A program made the translations under genes and the position numbers. This document shows positions 1-8,431 of a stretch of 64,000 bases of DNA, one piece after another (position 1 is the stretch's first letter; the number at the start of each line of letters is the position of its first letter). The DNA lies in contig CBDFJF010000001.1 of the NCBI GenBank assembly GCA_965248265.1, positions 1,600,001-1,664,000 of the forward strand, in the 5' to 3' direction. The DNA is from Candidatus Latescibacterota bacterium (GTDB lineage Bacteria > Latescibacterota > UBA2968 > UBA8231). The notes under the pieces are model-generated. The model had not been told where the DNA came from, did no database searches, and saw only the letters and a program-made list of their open reading frames with translations.

Positions 1-696
1 TGGGGATACGTCAAAGCCAACCCGGCTGACATGCGCATTTCCTACCCGCGTCACACGCCGAAGAAGATCGATCCGCTGACTCCCGAGGAAATCCACGCTC
101 TGCTGGCCCAAGCGTCCCAGAAGTGGTGTGCAGTCCTCGTAGTGGCGATCTGGACCGGTTTGCGCGTGGGCGAGATCCAGGCCATGAAGTGGAACAATCT
201 TGATTGGAAGGCTTCGGAGTACTATGTGGAGGAGAACCTGACTCGACGGCGGGGGTTCGGAGATCCCAAGACGCCGTCAGCAGCCTCCTCGGTGCTTCTG
301 TCGCCCTTCGTCATCGATACCCTGCGACAGCACAAACAGCGTCAGGCAGCGCTCAAACTGGCTCAGGGAAGTGATTACAAGGACGCAGGATTTATCTTCA
401 CAACCGATCAGGGCGGGCCCTATGGCTACAATCAGATCACCAAATGGGGCCTGGAACGCACGCTCGAAGACGCCGGTCTGCGCCGCATCACATTCCACCA
501 GCTACGCCACACCTGTGCCTCGCTGCTGATCTCCAAAGGAGCCAACATCAAGTCAGTGCAGAGGCAGCTGCGGCACGCCACCATCAAGCAGACGCTCGAT
601 ACCTACGCCCATCTGTACCCGGACGATCACGCCGAAGCGGTACGGGCAATGGACAGCTATGTATGGGGGAAGGCCGCTCAGCTAACAAATATCTAA
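1..696 (+). CDS. Tyrosine recombinase / phage-type integrase, C-terminal catalytic part (5' end outside the window)
   Basis: Frame is open from base 1 (WGYVKANP...). Catalytic motifs: TGLRVGE (Arg), PKT (Lys), FHQLRH (HxxR), QLRH and TYAH (Tyr). Confidence 0.93.
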   Translation, partial: WGYVKANPADMRISYPRHTPKKIDPLTPEEIHALLAQASQKWCAVLVVAIWTGLRVGEIQAMKWNNLDWKASEYYVEENLTRRRGFGDPKTPSAASSVLLSPFVIDTLRQHKQRQAALKLAQGSDYKDAGFIFTTDQGGPYGYNQITKWGLERTLEDAGLRRITFHQLRHTCASLLISKGANIKSVQRQLRHATIKQTLDTYAHLYPDDHAEAVRAMDSYVWGKAAQLTNI

Positions 697-699
697 CAA
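682..699 (+). repeat. Short direct repeat CTAACAA x2 (11-bp period) at the integrase 3' end; possible arm-type binding sites
   Basis: CTAACAA at 682-688 and 693-699, overlapping the integrase stop codon. Confidence 0.4.
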
Positions 700-900
700 G
701 TTCCGCAAAACGACTACCTGTTCATACCAACAGAGGAACAGGCGACATGAAAACCTCAGAGAGAAATGTCACAGGTTCCGCAATCATACGCTCTATTCAT
801 ACCCCGACAGTAGGTCCGTTTCTGTCTCATCTTGACTGTCTCCTAGGCTCCATGTACACTCGCGCACTAGAAATCTATACCACTCAAGGAGAGGACTCCA

Positions 901-1599
901 ATGCGCGTACTAGTGACCGGCTCGGCCGGCAACATCGGACAACACCTGATAACCCACCTCAAGGACAAGCACGAGTTCCGCGGCCTGGACGTGAATCCCA
1001 CAGCCCAGCTCGACGACTACGTGGTCGCCAACGTCAACGACTGGGAGGCCGTCAACCATGCCTCCACAGACATGGATGCGACCATCCACTTGAGCAACTG
1101 TGGTGGGCAGTGGGAGCAGGCACTGCAGTCGATGATCGGTACCCGCCACGTGTTTGAGGCGGCCTTGGAGCACGGGGGCAAGCGCATCGTCTTCGCCAGC
1201 CGTGGCGGCGTCCATCCATCAGCCGTCATTCCGCGCAGCGTCACCCGCACGGCCGACCTGCTGACCCACCCTGACAGTTACTACACCATCACCAAGGTCT
1301 TCGGGGAAGCCATGGGCGACATGTTCTCGTCCAAGCACGGATTCGGCGTCGTCTCGGTCCGTATCGGCAACTTCAACAAGGACCGGCCGGAGCCGGAACA
1401 CCCCCATCAGTTGGGTCACGACGACTGCGTTCGGCTCTTCGATGCGGCGTTGACGGCCAAAGACATCGGCCACGAGCGCGTGTTCGGCGTCTCGGACAGC
1501 AACTGGCCCTTGTATGACATCGAACACGGCCGCAAGGCCATCGGCTACGATCCGCAGCAACGCTCTGAGGTCGCTCAGGACGTCATCGACGCCGGCTAG
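901..1599 (+). CDS. NAD-dependent epimerase/dehydratase (uronate dehydrogenase-like)
   Basis: TGSAGNIG Rossmann motif, YxxxK (YTITK), RBS AAGGAGAGG upstream. Confidence 0.88.
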   Translation: MRVLVTGSAGNIGQHLITHLKDKHEFRGLDVNPTAQLDDYVVANVNDWEAVNHASTDMDATIHLSNCGGQWEQALQSMIGTRHVFEAALEHGGKRIVFASRGGVHPSAVIPRSVTRTADLLTHPDSYYTITKVFGEAMGDMFSSKHGFGVVSVRIGNFNKDRPEPEHPHQLGHDDCVRLFDAALTAKDIGHERVFGVSDSNWPLYDIEHGRKAIGYDPQQRSEVAQDVIDAG

Positions 1600-1654
1600 A
1601 CCTGAAGCACCCCCGCATCATGGAGGCGGCGCGCATCGATTACAAGCGCGTCGC

Positions 1655-2407
1655 CTACTTCCCCTGGTCCTTCCTCCACTGGTCGTATTCCGGACGCGCC
1701 TCTTCCGACAGAGGATAGTACCTGGACAGGTGTCCACCTGCCAGTAGTCTCTCGCGCGAGAACTCCTCCCACTCTGCATGAGTCGTGGCCGTTTCTATCA
1801 ACTCTGGAGCCATTTGAACCGGCACCACCACGACACCATCGTCGTCGGCAACGATGATATCGCCTGGCATCACGAGTGTGTCATTGCATGCGATCGGCAC
1901 GTTCACGGCGTGCGGATAGATGTCAGTCTGGGTATGAAAGTTGGGCGTCACGCCGCGCAGCCACAGACCCAGGTCGAGATCGGCCATGACAATCGGGTAG
2001 TCGCGGATGCAGCCGTCAATGACAACACCTACTCCTCCACGTCCCTGGAAGAACGTCAGCATCATGTTGCCGAAAATGCCGCTCTTCATCGATCCTCTGG
2101 CGTCGACGACGACGACATCACCCGGTTGGGTGTGGTACAGCACGTGGCGGTGCAGCTGCCTTTCCGGATCGGCGTACTCGTCCTCCTCGTAAACATCCTC
2201 GCGCTGCGGCAGACAGTGCAGTGTCAACGCGGGCCCCGCAACACACTTCCCCGGTGAATGGGCGACTGGACCCAGGATGTACGGGTCCTGGATGCCGAGG
2301 CGCTTGAGCTCACCTGCCGCTGTGGCACTGCCGATCTCCCTCAACTGCTCGACAAGCTCCTTCGGTGGACGCCCGATATCCGGTGTATCTGTTTGACCAT
2401 CATTCAT
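1655..2407 (-). CDS. RraA / HMG-CHA aldolase family protein
   Basis: GPALT, GDVVVVDA, GVVIDGCIRD and VMPGDIIVADDDGVVVVP motifs. Confidence 0.9.
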   Translation of the reverse strand: MNDGQTDTPDIGRPPKELVEQLREIGSATAAGELKRLGIQDPYILGPVAHSPGKCVAGPALTLHCLPQREDVYEEDEYADPERQLHRHVLYHTQPGDVVVVDARGSMKSGIFGNMMLTFFQGRGGVGVVIDGCIRDYPIVMADLDLGLWLRGVTPNFHTQTDIYPHAVNVPIACNDTLVMPGDIIVADDDGVVVVPVQMAPELIETATTHAEWEEFSRERLLAGGHLSRYYPLSEEARPEYDQWRKDQGK

Positions 2408-3543
2408 TTCATATCTCCCAATGTTTTTATCAGTGTGTCTACGTCAGTGCTTCCATTATAGAGGTGACCGGACACTCGCACTCTACCGGACTCACCCCAG
2501 ACGAGAATTCCCTGGTCGGCCAGACGCTTCTCAACACCTGCTGCGTCTTCCGCCTGGAAACAGGTATTGCCCGAGCGCGCCTCACGTCGCCGTGGCGAAA
2601 TCACCGTCTTGCCAATGCTGCTCAGACCTTCATCGATATACTCGGCAAGGTCGCGGGCGTGCGCCTCGATGCGCTCGATGCCGTTCTCCAGCAGAACCTC
2701 GAGCGCTCCATCCAGCAGAGCGATGACGAGCATGGCCGGATTGCCGGGTTCCATCATGTACGGCATCGACCGGGCATCGACCTCCTGAGCACGCTCTGGT
2801 TTTTCAGTCGGAAAGATATCCAGGTTGCGCCATCCGAAGCTCGAGGGCTGGATGCTGGCCTCAGCCCGTTCGCTCAAATAGCATGCAGCCGCGCCATGAG
2901 TGGAGAGCATCCATTTGTAGCTGCTGCTGACACACAGATCGGTCAATGCAGCCGGCACGGTGAGCACACCTGAGGCATGGGTGGCATCGACAGCCAGCAG
3001 TACCGGCTCCGGCTTTGCCTTGAGGCCGGCGGCCAGCCGAGCGATGTCGAGACACTGGCCTGTGTAGAATGAAACCTGACTCACCGCCAGCACCCTGGTG
3101 CGCTCATCCACGGCCGCCAGCAGATCCTCTTCGCGGACCTCCCAGTCCCGGTGCTCGACCAGGCGAGTCTCTACGCCGGCCTGCTTCAGGTTGCGCCAGG
3201 CATAAGCCACGGAGGGAAACTCCAGGTTGGTGGTGACGACGTTGTCACCCTCACGCCAGTCAAGACCGCGCGCCAGCCAGGCCATCCCTTCGGCGGCCGA
3301 AGGCGTGAAGGCGATGCGCTCGCCCGGCACTCCCCACAGCTTGCTGACCTTGTCACGGCAACGCTCTGTGCGCCCCAGGATCTCCTGCCTTCCCGCCTTG
3401 CCCTCGCCCTTCCAGCGAGCGAAATCGGCGTAGACCTCATCGTTGGCCTTCAACCAGGGGGCTTCGCCGCCGCAGGCGAGGTGGGTCATGCCCTCCAGTC
3501 CGGTGAAAACGTCTGGCGACAGCAAGGGTACAATCGCTGTCAT
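2404..3543 (-). CDS. PLP-dependent class V aminotransferase / cysteine desulfurase-like enzyme
   Basis: EFPS, VDATH, SSYKW (PLP Lys) and RVSGHLYN motifs. Confidence 0.88.
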   Translation of the reverse strand: MTAIVPLLSPDVFTGLEGMTHLACGGEAPWLKANDEVYADFARWKGEGKAGRQEILGRTERCRDKVSKLWGVPGERIAFTPSAAEGMAWLARGLDWREGDNVVTTNLEFPSVAYAWRNLKQAGVETRLVEHRDWEVREEDLLAAVDERTRVLAVSQVSFYTGQCLDIARLAAGLKAKPEPVLLAVDATHASGVLTVPAALTDLCVSSSYKWMLSTHGAAACYLSERAEASIQPSSFGWRNLDIFPTEKPERAQEVDARSMPYMMEPGNPAMLVIALLDGALEVLLENGIERIEAHARDLAEYIDEGLSSIGKTVISPRRREARSGNTCFQAEDAAGVEKRLADQGILVWGESGRVRVSGHLYNGSTDVDTLIKTLGDMK

Positions 3544-3552
3544 GTGAGCGAA

Positions 3553-4992
3553 TCAGTCAATACGGAAGGAATAGAGTTTCGCGTTCTTGATATGGAACTG
3601 CAGCCGCTGAGGCCGCCTGAGGGCTGGCTCGTAGTCGGCTCTCTCATCGCCGTCGCCGCATTCCCTGGTCAGCCTCCGCCCACCCTTCCAGGTCACTTCG
3701 CAGCACAAGCCGTCGTCAGTTACTGGAATCGCATCGTTCAGGGAGCATCCTTCCACAGGCTCGCCGTCAGCATCGAGCACCTCGACGGCGATACTGCCGT
3801 GGGCGGCGTCGGCGTTCAGCGTCAGGTTGCTGCCGGTAAAACGCAAAGGCTCCGTCGTCAGCACGCCTTCCCTCCCGGATGGTTCCATGGAAACGATTCT
3901 GCCGCGGGGCAATTTGGCCAGACCCGCGCTGAACGCTTTGAGCTCACCATCCATCACATTGCCGATCCAGGCTTTCTGAGATCCGCGCTTGCCTTCTCCG
4001 TCGCCGGGGGGAGTGTGCGGGAAGTTGGCCGCCAGATAGTAGAGGTAGAGCTCGTCATCCACTGGGATCATCGTGCAGACGCAGGAGTAGTAACTGTCGA
4101 ACGTTCCTGGAGCCCCATTCGTGAGGATGTATTGTCTGTCGGCGGCTCGTTCCCAGATCACGCCATCGCGACTGACCGTGAGTTGGGTGTTCAGGGTCTG
4201 AATCGCGTACTCGGGGTCGTTGTCGTAAACCCACAGAAAACCGAGGTAGATGCTCTCGTATTTGATCACGGGCATGCGGTAGAACTCTTCGTAGCGGCCG
4301 TCCTGCTCATCCGGCACCATGACCACTACGGCGGGACCCCAGTGGATGAAGTCGTCACTCGTCGACCACGCCACGGACCTCTTGGGGGGATCCATGTTTT
4401 CGACATGGGGACGCATGTAAACGACGTACTGGCCGTGATCGGGATCCCAGCCGAAGACGGTCTGTCCATCCGTGGTTCCGTGACTCAGCGGCATGACCGG
4501 ATTACCGGGCACGTCCTCCCAATTGATTCCGTCGAGAGAGAACGCGGCGAAGTGTCCTTTGCCCATCCAGCGCACGTCGGGGTCGCGCAGCGAGTGCCAG
4601 TAAAGCCCTTTGTACCGTTTGGAGGGATCCTCCTCCTCGAGATCCTTCGTCACCGTGAGGTTGCGACCCCGACGCACCAGATTGTTGTCCGAGGAACCGT
4701 CGACCTCCATTACTCCCAGGTTGGGCTTGTCCCAGCTGATTCCATCCTTCGACGTGGCATATGCGACTCCCTGCGCGGTGTCGTACCACATCTTGAAGAT
4801 GTTATCCTGTGCATCGAAGTGGACAGAGTTTCCCAGGATGCGGGCCAACCAGCCCTCCCCGGGTCCATCTCCTTGCAACACAGGACGTTCATTTTTCTCC
4901 GGCGTCTGGACGACCCGCTTGAGACCCGTCATCGTGTCGATGAGGTGATCGTCTACGAAGAACTGGTCGTCACAGCGTATGAAACGACTCAT
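3553..4992 (-). CDS. Beta-propeller glycoside hydrolase-like protein (GH43/32/130-type fold) with C-terminal beta-sandwich
   Basis: Repeated SxDGxxW blade motifs (SKDGISW, SLDGINW, SDDFIHW, SRDGVIW) and a C-terminal LTLNADA...LYSF module. Confidence 0.65.
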   Translation of the reverse strand: MSRFIRCDDQFFVDDHLIDTMTGLKRVVQTPEKNERPVLQGDGPGEGWLARILGNSVHFDAQDNIFKMWYDTAQGVAYATSKDGISWDKPNLGVMEVDGSSDNNLVRRGRNLTVTKDLEEEDPSKRYKGLYWHSLRDPDVRWMGKGHFAAFSLDGINWEDVPGNPVMPLSHGTTDGQTVFGWDPDHGQYVVYMRPHVENMDPPKRSVAWSTSDDFIHWGPAVVVMVPDEQDGRYEEFYRMPVIKYESIYLGFLWVYDNDPEYAIQTLNTQLTVSRDGVIWERAADRQYILTNGAPGTFDSYYSCVCTMIPVDDELYLYYLAANFPHTPPGDGEGKRGSQKAWIGNVMDGELKAFSAGLAKLPRGRIVSMEPSGREGVLTTEPLRFTGSNLTLNADAAHGSIAVEVLDADGEPVEGCSLNDAIPVTDDGLCCEVTWKGGRRLTRECGDGDERADYEPALRRPQRLQFHIKNAKLYSFRID

Positions 4993-5651
4993 GAGGTGCT
5001 CCGGTCTCGGGGCTCATCTGCGACGGCAACCCCGATCATGCTGTCGCGCGTTATCAGATTGGCCAGTTCCTCTTCACTGAATCCATCTGTGCCAACCGGT
5101 CGCATCGGCATCACCAGATATCGCAGCTCGGCGTTGGAGTCATGCACCCGCACCTCCACATCATCAGCGATGATGGTGCCGAACTCGCGCAATACGGCGC
5201 GAGGCTCGCGGACCAGACGCGATCGGTAGGAGGCGGTCTTGTACCACGTTGGAGGTCGTCCGAGCAGGGTCCTGGGGTAGCATGAACACAAGGTACATGT
5301 GACCACGTTGTGAACAGTCGGGGTGTTCTCCAACACCGTCAGCACGGTGTACCCCGGATCGCAGCCGAGCTTCGTCACCGCGGCGTTGCCGTCTGTGAGC
5401 AATTCTGATTTGAATCCGGGATCCGACCATGCCCTGGCGATGACCCGCGCACCATGGGTCGAAGGCTCCACCGATTCTATCCTGGCGATCTGCTCCCGTA
5501 GTTCCGTAGCGGTGTAGACGCCTTTCTCGATCAGCAGCTCGTTCAGCGCGAGACCCATCAATTCATAGTCGGACGACGGCTCGGGATGATCGGGTTGAGG
5601 GGGATGCCTGTGCCCGGGACTATGATCATGCTCGTGATCGTGATCAGCCAC
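4989..5651 (-). CDS. Co-type nitrile hydratase alpha / thiocyanate hydrolase gamma-like subunit
   Basis: Metal claw VVTCTLCSCYP (Thr indicates Co-type), GARVIARAWSDPGF, VHDSNAELRYLVMPMRP. His-rich N-terminus. GTG start at 5651. Confidence 0.93.
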   Translation of the reverse strand: MADHDHEHDHSPGHRHPPQPDHPEPSSDYELMGLALNELLIEKGVYTATELREQIARIESVEPSTHGARVIARAWSDPGFKSELLTDGNAAVTKLGCDPGYTVLTVLENTPTVHNVVTCTLCSCYPRTLLGRPPTWYKTASYRSRLVREPRAVLREFGTIIADDVEVRVHDSNAELRYLVMPMRPVGTDGFSEEELANLITRDSMIGVAVADEPRDRSTS

Positions 5652-5961
5652 CGTGCGTCTCCCGGCTCGGTTCGAGCCAGTTCTCGAAAATCTCCAGGTC
5701 CAGCGTATCATGAGCAGGGCCCTCGTAGTCTGGCCACAGATCGCGCTGCTTCAGACGCACCCGGTACACGGAGTGAAAGGATGCCCCCGATTTCCCGTAC
5801 GCCACCTCTTCCGGTTGCGCGAACTCCTGGGGGCACACACGCTCTACAACGCCGACTCGGCCTTTGGCGTAGGAGGGAACGCGGTGATGCCGGGGCTCCT
5901 TGCGAGACGAAACACGCACGCGATCACCAGGCTTGAAGTGCGCCTTATCGCGTTCCATCAC
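5644..5961 (-). CDS. Nitrile hydratase beta C-terminal (SH3-like) half / thiocyanate hydrolase alpha-like subunit
   Basis: FKPGDRVRV, HHRVPSYAKGRVG, YRVRLKQRDLW and LEIFENWLEP match the C-half of NHase beta. Confidence 0.88.
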   Translation of the reverse strand: MMERDKAHFKPGDRVRVSSRKEPRHHRVPSYAKGRVGVVERVCPQEFAQPEEVAYGKSGASFHSVYRVRLKQRDLWPDYEGPAHDTLDLEIFENWLEPSRETHGG

Positions 5962-6284
5962 GCCTTCCCTCTCGAACGGATCTCTGCGATGCGCGTATCG
6001 AGCTCTACTCGCGTCACGAGCCCTTTGTCGATCGCATGAGCCGCGGCCGAGCTTGCCCAGCGCTCGTAGTAGCTGAGTTTCTCGTACACGTCTGGCCCCA
6101 GCGCTTCGATCCCTCTACGCAGCTGGGCGAAATCCTCGATGATCCCCTTGTTGAAAATCAACATCACCATCGCGTCCACCTGGCGCTCCCAGTAGGCGGC
6201 ATCGTGTTCGCGTCGATCGATGGCTTCGCCGGGGAGACCGCCCAGATCATGGGGACCGATACGCTCTGGTCTATCGTCTGTCAT
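5958..6284 (-). CDS. Nitrile hydratase beta N-terminal half / thiocyanate hydrolase beta-like subunit
   Basis: PHDLGG, WERQVDA, LRRGIE and LSYYERW motifs. Confidence 0.88.
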   Translation of the reverse strand: MTDDRPERIGPHDLGGLPGEAIDRREHDAAYWERQVDAMVMLIFNKGIIEDFAQLRRGIEALGPDVYEKLSYYERWASSAAAHAIDKGLVTRVELDTRIAEIRSRGKA

Positions 6285-6352
6285 GGTAAAGAATAGAATA
6301 CATACGGCGAGTCGTTGTGTCTTCTCCGGTGCATCGGCGTGTTGCGGACAAT

Positions 6353-7504
6353 CTATCCTACACGCTCAGCCAGTTCGCCCACGGAGGAGCAACCGAGCTG
6401 CATCATGTTGTTCTTGAGATCAGCAATCAGAATCTCAGCGGTGTGGTCGCCACCCCGCTTGCCGAGGGCGGCTACGCCGTACATGAAGGCACGGCCGAGC
6501 AGAACGAAGTCAGCGCCCAGAGCGAGAGCACGCGCGATGTCGAGTCCACTCTGGACACCACTGTCGAATAGTATTTTAGCGCGATCCCCGACCGCGCCGG
6601 CAATGGCTGGCAGCACTGAGATCGCCGCCGGAGCGCCGTCGAACTGTCGCCCCCCATGGTTGGAGACCATAATGCCGTCATACCCCAGCGTCACGGCGCG
6701 CTCGGCCTGGTCGACACCGAGCACACCCTTGAGCACGAGCGCCCCCTTCCACTCGTCGCGCACCTCCTGCAGGTATTCCCAGTCGAGAGTGCCACCCAGC
6801 TCCTGCCCGATGAAGGAGAGCATGTCCCGCATGTCACGCCCATCCAGGTACTTCTCCAGACCCAGAAAGCGCGGCTTCCCCGCGAACAGCGTCGCCAGCG
6901 ACCAGGCCGGACGCACGGCGCAGCGATAGAGCATCAGTGCGGTCATTTTCGGCGGCACGATGACGCCGGCACGCAGCTGGCGTTCGCGCCGGCTGGCAGT
7001 AGGCAGATCGGCGGTTACCAACAAGGTCGTGAAACCAGAATCCTGAGCACGCACAAGCAAATCGCGCCGAATGTCGGGCCGGCGTGGCGGATAGAGCTGA
7101 AACCAGCCCATGCCATCGGCCAGGGGCCCGATCCTCTCCGGCGCGTCGGTGGCAGCGGTGCTAAGCGCATATGGGAAGCGATACTTGGCGGCGGCTCGCG
7201 CGAGAATCTGCTCAGCGCGCGGCCACATCAGTGCGGTCAGGCCAACGGGTGAGACTCCAAAAGGAGTGGCGTAGGGGATTCCGAACAGAGTCGTCGAGAT
7301 GTCGGGCTCGAACACGCCCTTCATGAACTGCGGCATCAACGTGACAGCCGAAAGCTCCTCTCGATTGCGCCTCACACACTCATCGGCTCCGGTGCCGCTG
7401 TCGAGGTACTCCCAGGCAAAGTGGGGGATACGACGGCGCGCCCTCCGCCGCAGGTCAGTGACGGAGGGGTACCGGTTCATGAGCTGGCTGTTGTGGCCTC
7501 CCAT
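6353..7504 (-). CDS. FMN-dependent alpha-hydroxy acid dehydrogenase/oxidase (L-lactate dehydrogenase LldD-like)
   Basis: WFQLY, LVLKG, SNHGGRQFDG, DSGVQSGLD and LLGRAF motifs. Start uncertain (7522, 7504 or 7480). Confidence 0.92.
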   Translation of the reverse strand: MGGHNSQLMNRYPSVTDLRRRARRRIPHFAWEYLDSGTGADECVRRNREELSAVTLMPQFMKGVFEPDISTTLFGIPYATPFGVSPVGLTALMWPRAEQILARAAAKYRFPYALSTAATDAPERIGPLADGMGWFQLYPPRRPDIRRDLLVRAQDSGFTTLLVTADLPTASRRERQLRAGVIVPPKMTALMLYRCAVRPAWSLATLFAGKPRFLGLEKYLDGRDMRDMLSFIGQELGGTLDWEYLQEVRDEWKGALVLKGVLGVDQAERAVTLGYDGIMVSNHGGRQFDGAPAAISVLPAIAGAVGDRAKILFDSGVQSGLDIARALALGADFVLLGRAFMYGVAALGKRGGDHTAEILIADLKNNMMQLGCSSVGELAERVG

Positions 7505-7518
7505 GTTACCGCGTCTGC

Positions 7519-8385
7519 TCAACCAAAGAAACGTCGCTGGAGCAGCTTTTGGCTTTCATAGATGGAGCCGGAGAGGCCTGTTTCGATGGTATCGGGCGTC
7601 GGCACCGGAGGCACCTCCACCCAGCGAGGTTCAGCAGGTGCCTGGCCTCGAAGGATGTTTTCGTCCTTGTCCTTCTCCGGACCACCTTCCGCAGGTTCGA
7701 TCACCCAGGCGTCGGCCGCGCACATCTGCAGCAGATACAACCGGCGCGGTTTGTCGGGTGACGTGTTGGTCGCCGACGCATGGAGGCTGCGGCCGTGGTG
7801 AATGGAGATATCGCCGGCCGCCAGTTCGACGGGCACGACGTTGCCGGGGTCAAAGTCGGGATCCGTGATGCCGCCGACGAAAACGTTGCCCTGGAAATGG
7901 TTGTAGATCGGTCCCTTGTGCGAGCCGGGAACGACGAGCAGGCATCCGTTTTCCGAGGTCATGTCGTCGAGGGGAACGCCGACGGCCAGCATGTCGTCAT
8001 TGGTGCGCGCCGCGAAGGCGTAATCCTGGTGCCATTCTACCGGGCTGCCGAAGCCGGCCGCCTTCATGTTGAGTTTGCCACCGAATTGACGGACGTCGGG
8101 TCCCACCAGTTGAGCCACCATGTCGATGATGGTCTCGTTGCGCATGACCCTGTCGTAGGCCGGATGCAGCTTCTCTGGATGTTTGAGACGCCGTAACCGT
8201 GGTGCTTCGGCCGTGTGCCCCGGCTCGAGATCAAATTCGTCTGTATGATCCGTTGCGTGGCGTGACTTGTCGACGAATTCCTCCGTGACACGGCGTAGTT
8301 CCTCAATTTCGTCTGGGGGCAATAATCCGGCAACGGTAACGTAGCCGTCTGTGCGGTACTGCTTTACTTGCTCATCAGTCAGCAT
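7519..8385 (-). CDS. Phytanoyl-CoA dioxygenase (PhyH) family Fe/2-oxoglutarate dioxygenase
   Basis: WHQD, ENGCLLVVPGSH and HGRSLHASATN motifs. Confidence 0.92.
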   Translation of the reverse strand: MLTDEQVKQYRTDGYVTVAGLLPPDEIEELRRVTEEFVDKSRHATDHTDEFDLEPGHTAEAPRLRRLKHPEKLHPAYDRVMRNETIIDMVAQLVGPDVRQFGGKLNMKAAGFGSPVEWHQDYAFAARTNDDMLAVGVPLDDMTSENGCLLVVPGSHKGPIYNHFQGNVFVGGITDPDFDPGNVVPVELAAGDISIHHGRSLHASATNTSPDKPRRLYLLQMCAADAWVIEPAEGGPEKDKDENILRGQAPAEPRWVEVPPVPTPDTIETGLSGSIYESQKLLQRRFFG

Positions 8386-8431
8386 GGAAAGCTCCTCCGG
8401 ATCGGCGTTCCAGATAAACTAACGCCAGATT

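Noticed and set aside
770-840. Intact tRNA gene after the integrase
   Set aside because: No D-arm, acceptor stem or canonical TTCG T-loop. At most a degenerate fragment.
3151-5229. 692-aa plus-strand ORF
   Set aside because: Antisense shadow of well-supported minus-strand genes in GC-rich DNA, with no motifs.
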